This document shows, one piece after another, positions 14,995 through 15,022 of a stretch of 15,022 bases of DNA; positions within the stretch are counted from its first letter, which is position 1, and the number at the start of each line of letters is the position of its first letter. This stretch comes from Elusimicrobiota bacterium. Its GTDB lineage: Bacteria; Elusimicrobiota; Elusimicrobia; Elusimicrobiales; UBA9959. The stretch is taken from NCBI GenBank assembly GCA_027340875.1, contig DAIENX010000021.1:1-15022 (forward strand), written 5' to 3'. A program made the position numbers and the translations under genes. The notes under the pieces are model-generated. The model was not told the DNA's origin, searched no databases, and worked only from the letters and a program-made list of their open reading frames with translations.

Positions 14995-15003
14995 ATTATG
15001 ATA
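14995..15003 (-). promoter_or_regulatory. -10 region of the rplM promoter (leaderless)
   Basis: Minus strand ttttg-TATCATAAT-acgact-ATG: overlapping TATCAT and CATAAT hexamers 9 and 6 nt before ATG. No SD; the -35 is at or beyond the window edge. Confidence 0.6.
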
Positions 15004-15022
15004 CAAAATTTCCGCCCGTTGT

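Noticed and set aside
1..15022. CRISPR arrays, IS elements, prophage or integrase genes, tandem repeats
   Set aside because: None seen. The inverted repeats found are unrelated terminator hairpins, not a repeat family.

Overview
GC-rich bacterial core-genome window with no mobile elements, CRISPR, rRNA or tRNA. The ribosomal protein sequences suggest Elusimicrobiota, but this is an unverified inference. Contents: a 5'-truncated squalene/phytoene synthase gene coupled to an OmpA-domain lipoprotein (+); rplU-rpmA-obgE (-); three + strand envelope genes (secreted orphan, CmpX/MscS-TM-helix protein, orphan lipoprotein); hinT-rpsU-dnaG-rpoD (-); a four-gene phosphate/nucleotide operon (-); and rplM-rpsI (-). 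The most unusual element is the operon at 14035-9916. It holds one catalytically intact secreted 5'-nucleotidase and three full-length homologues that have lost their key residues: a DUF47/PhoU-like protein, a 5'-nucleotidase lipoprotein that appears to start at ACG behind a double SD, and a membrane-anchored AphA-like protein. Also notable: most first genes of transcription units look leaderless (-10 box 6-9 nt before ATG, no SD); a candidate ~80-nt structured RNA with its own promoter lies upstream of rplU; and RpoD has substitutions at normally conserved sites. All family calls come from motif recognition by eye; no searches were run.
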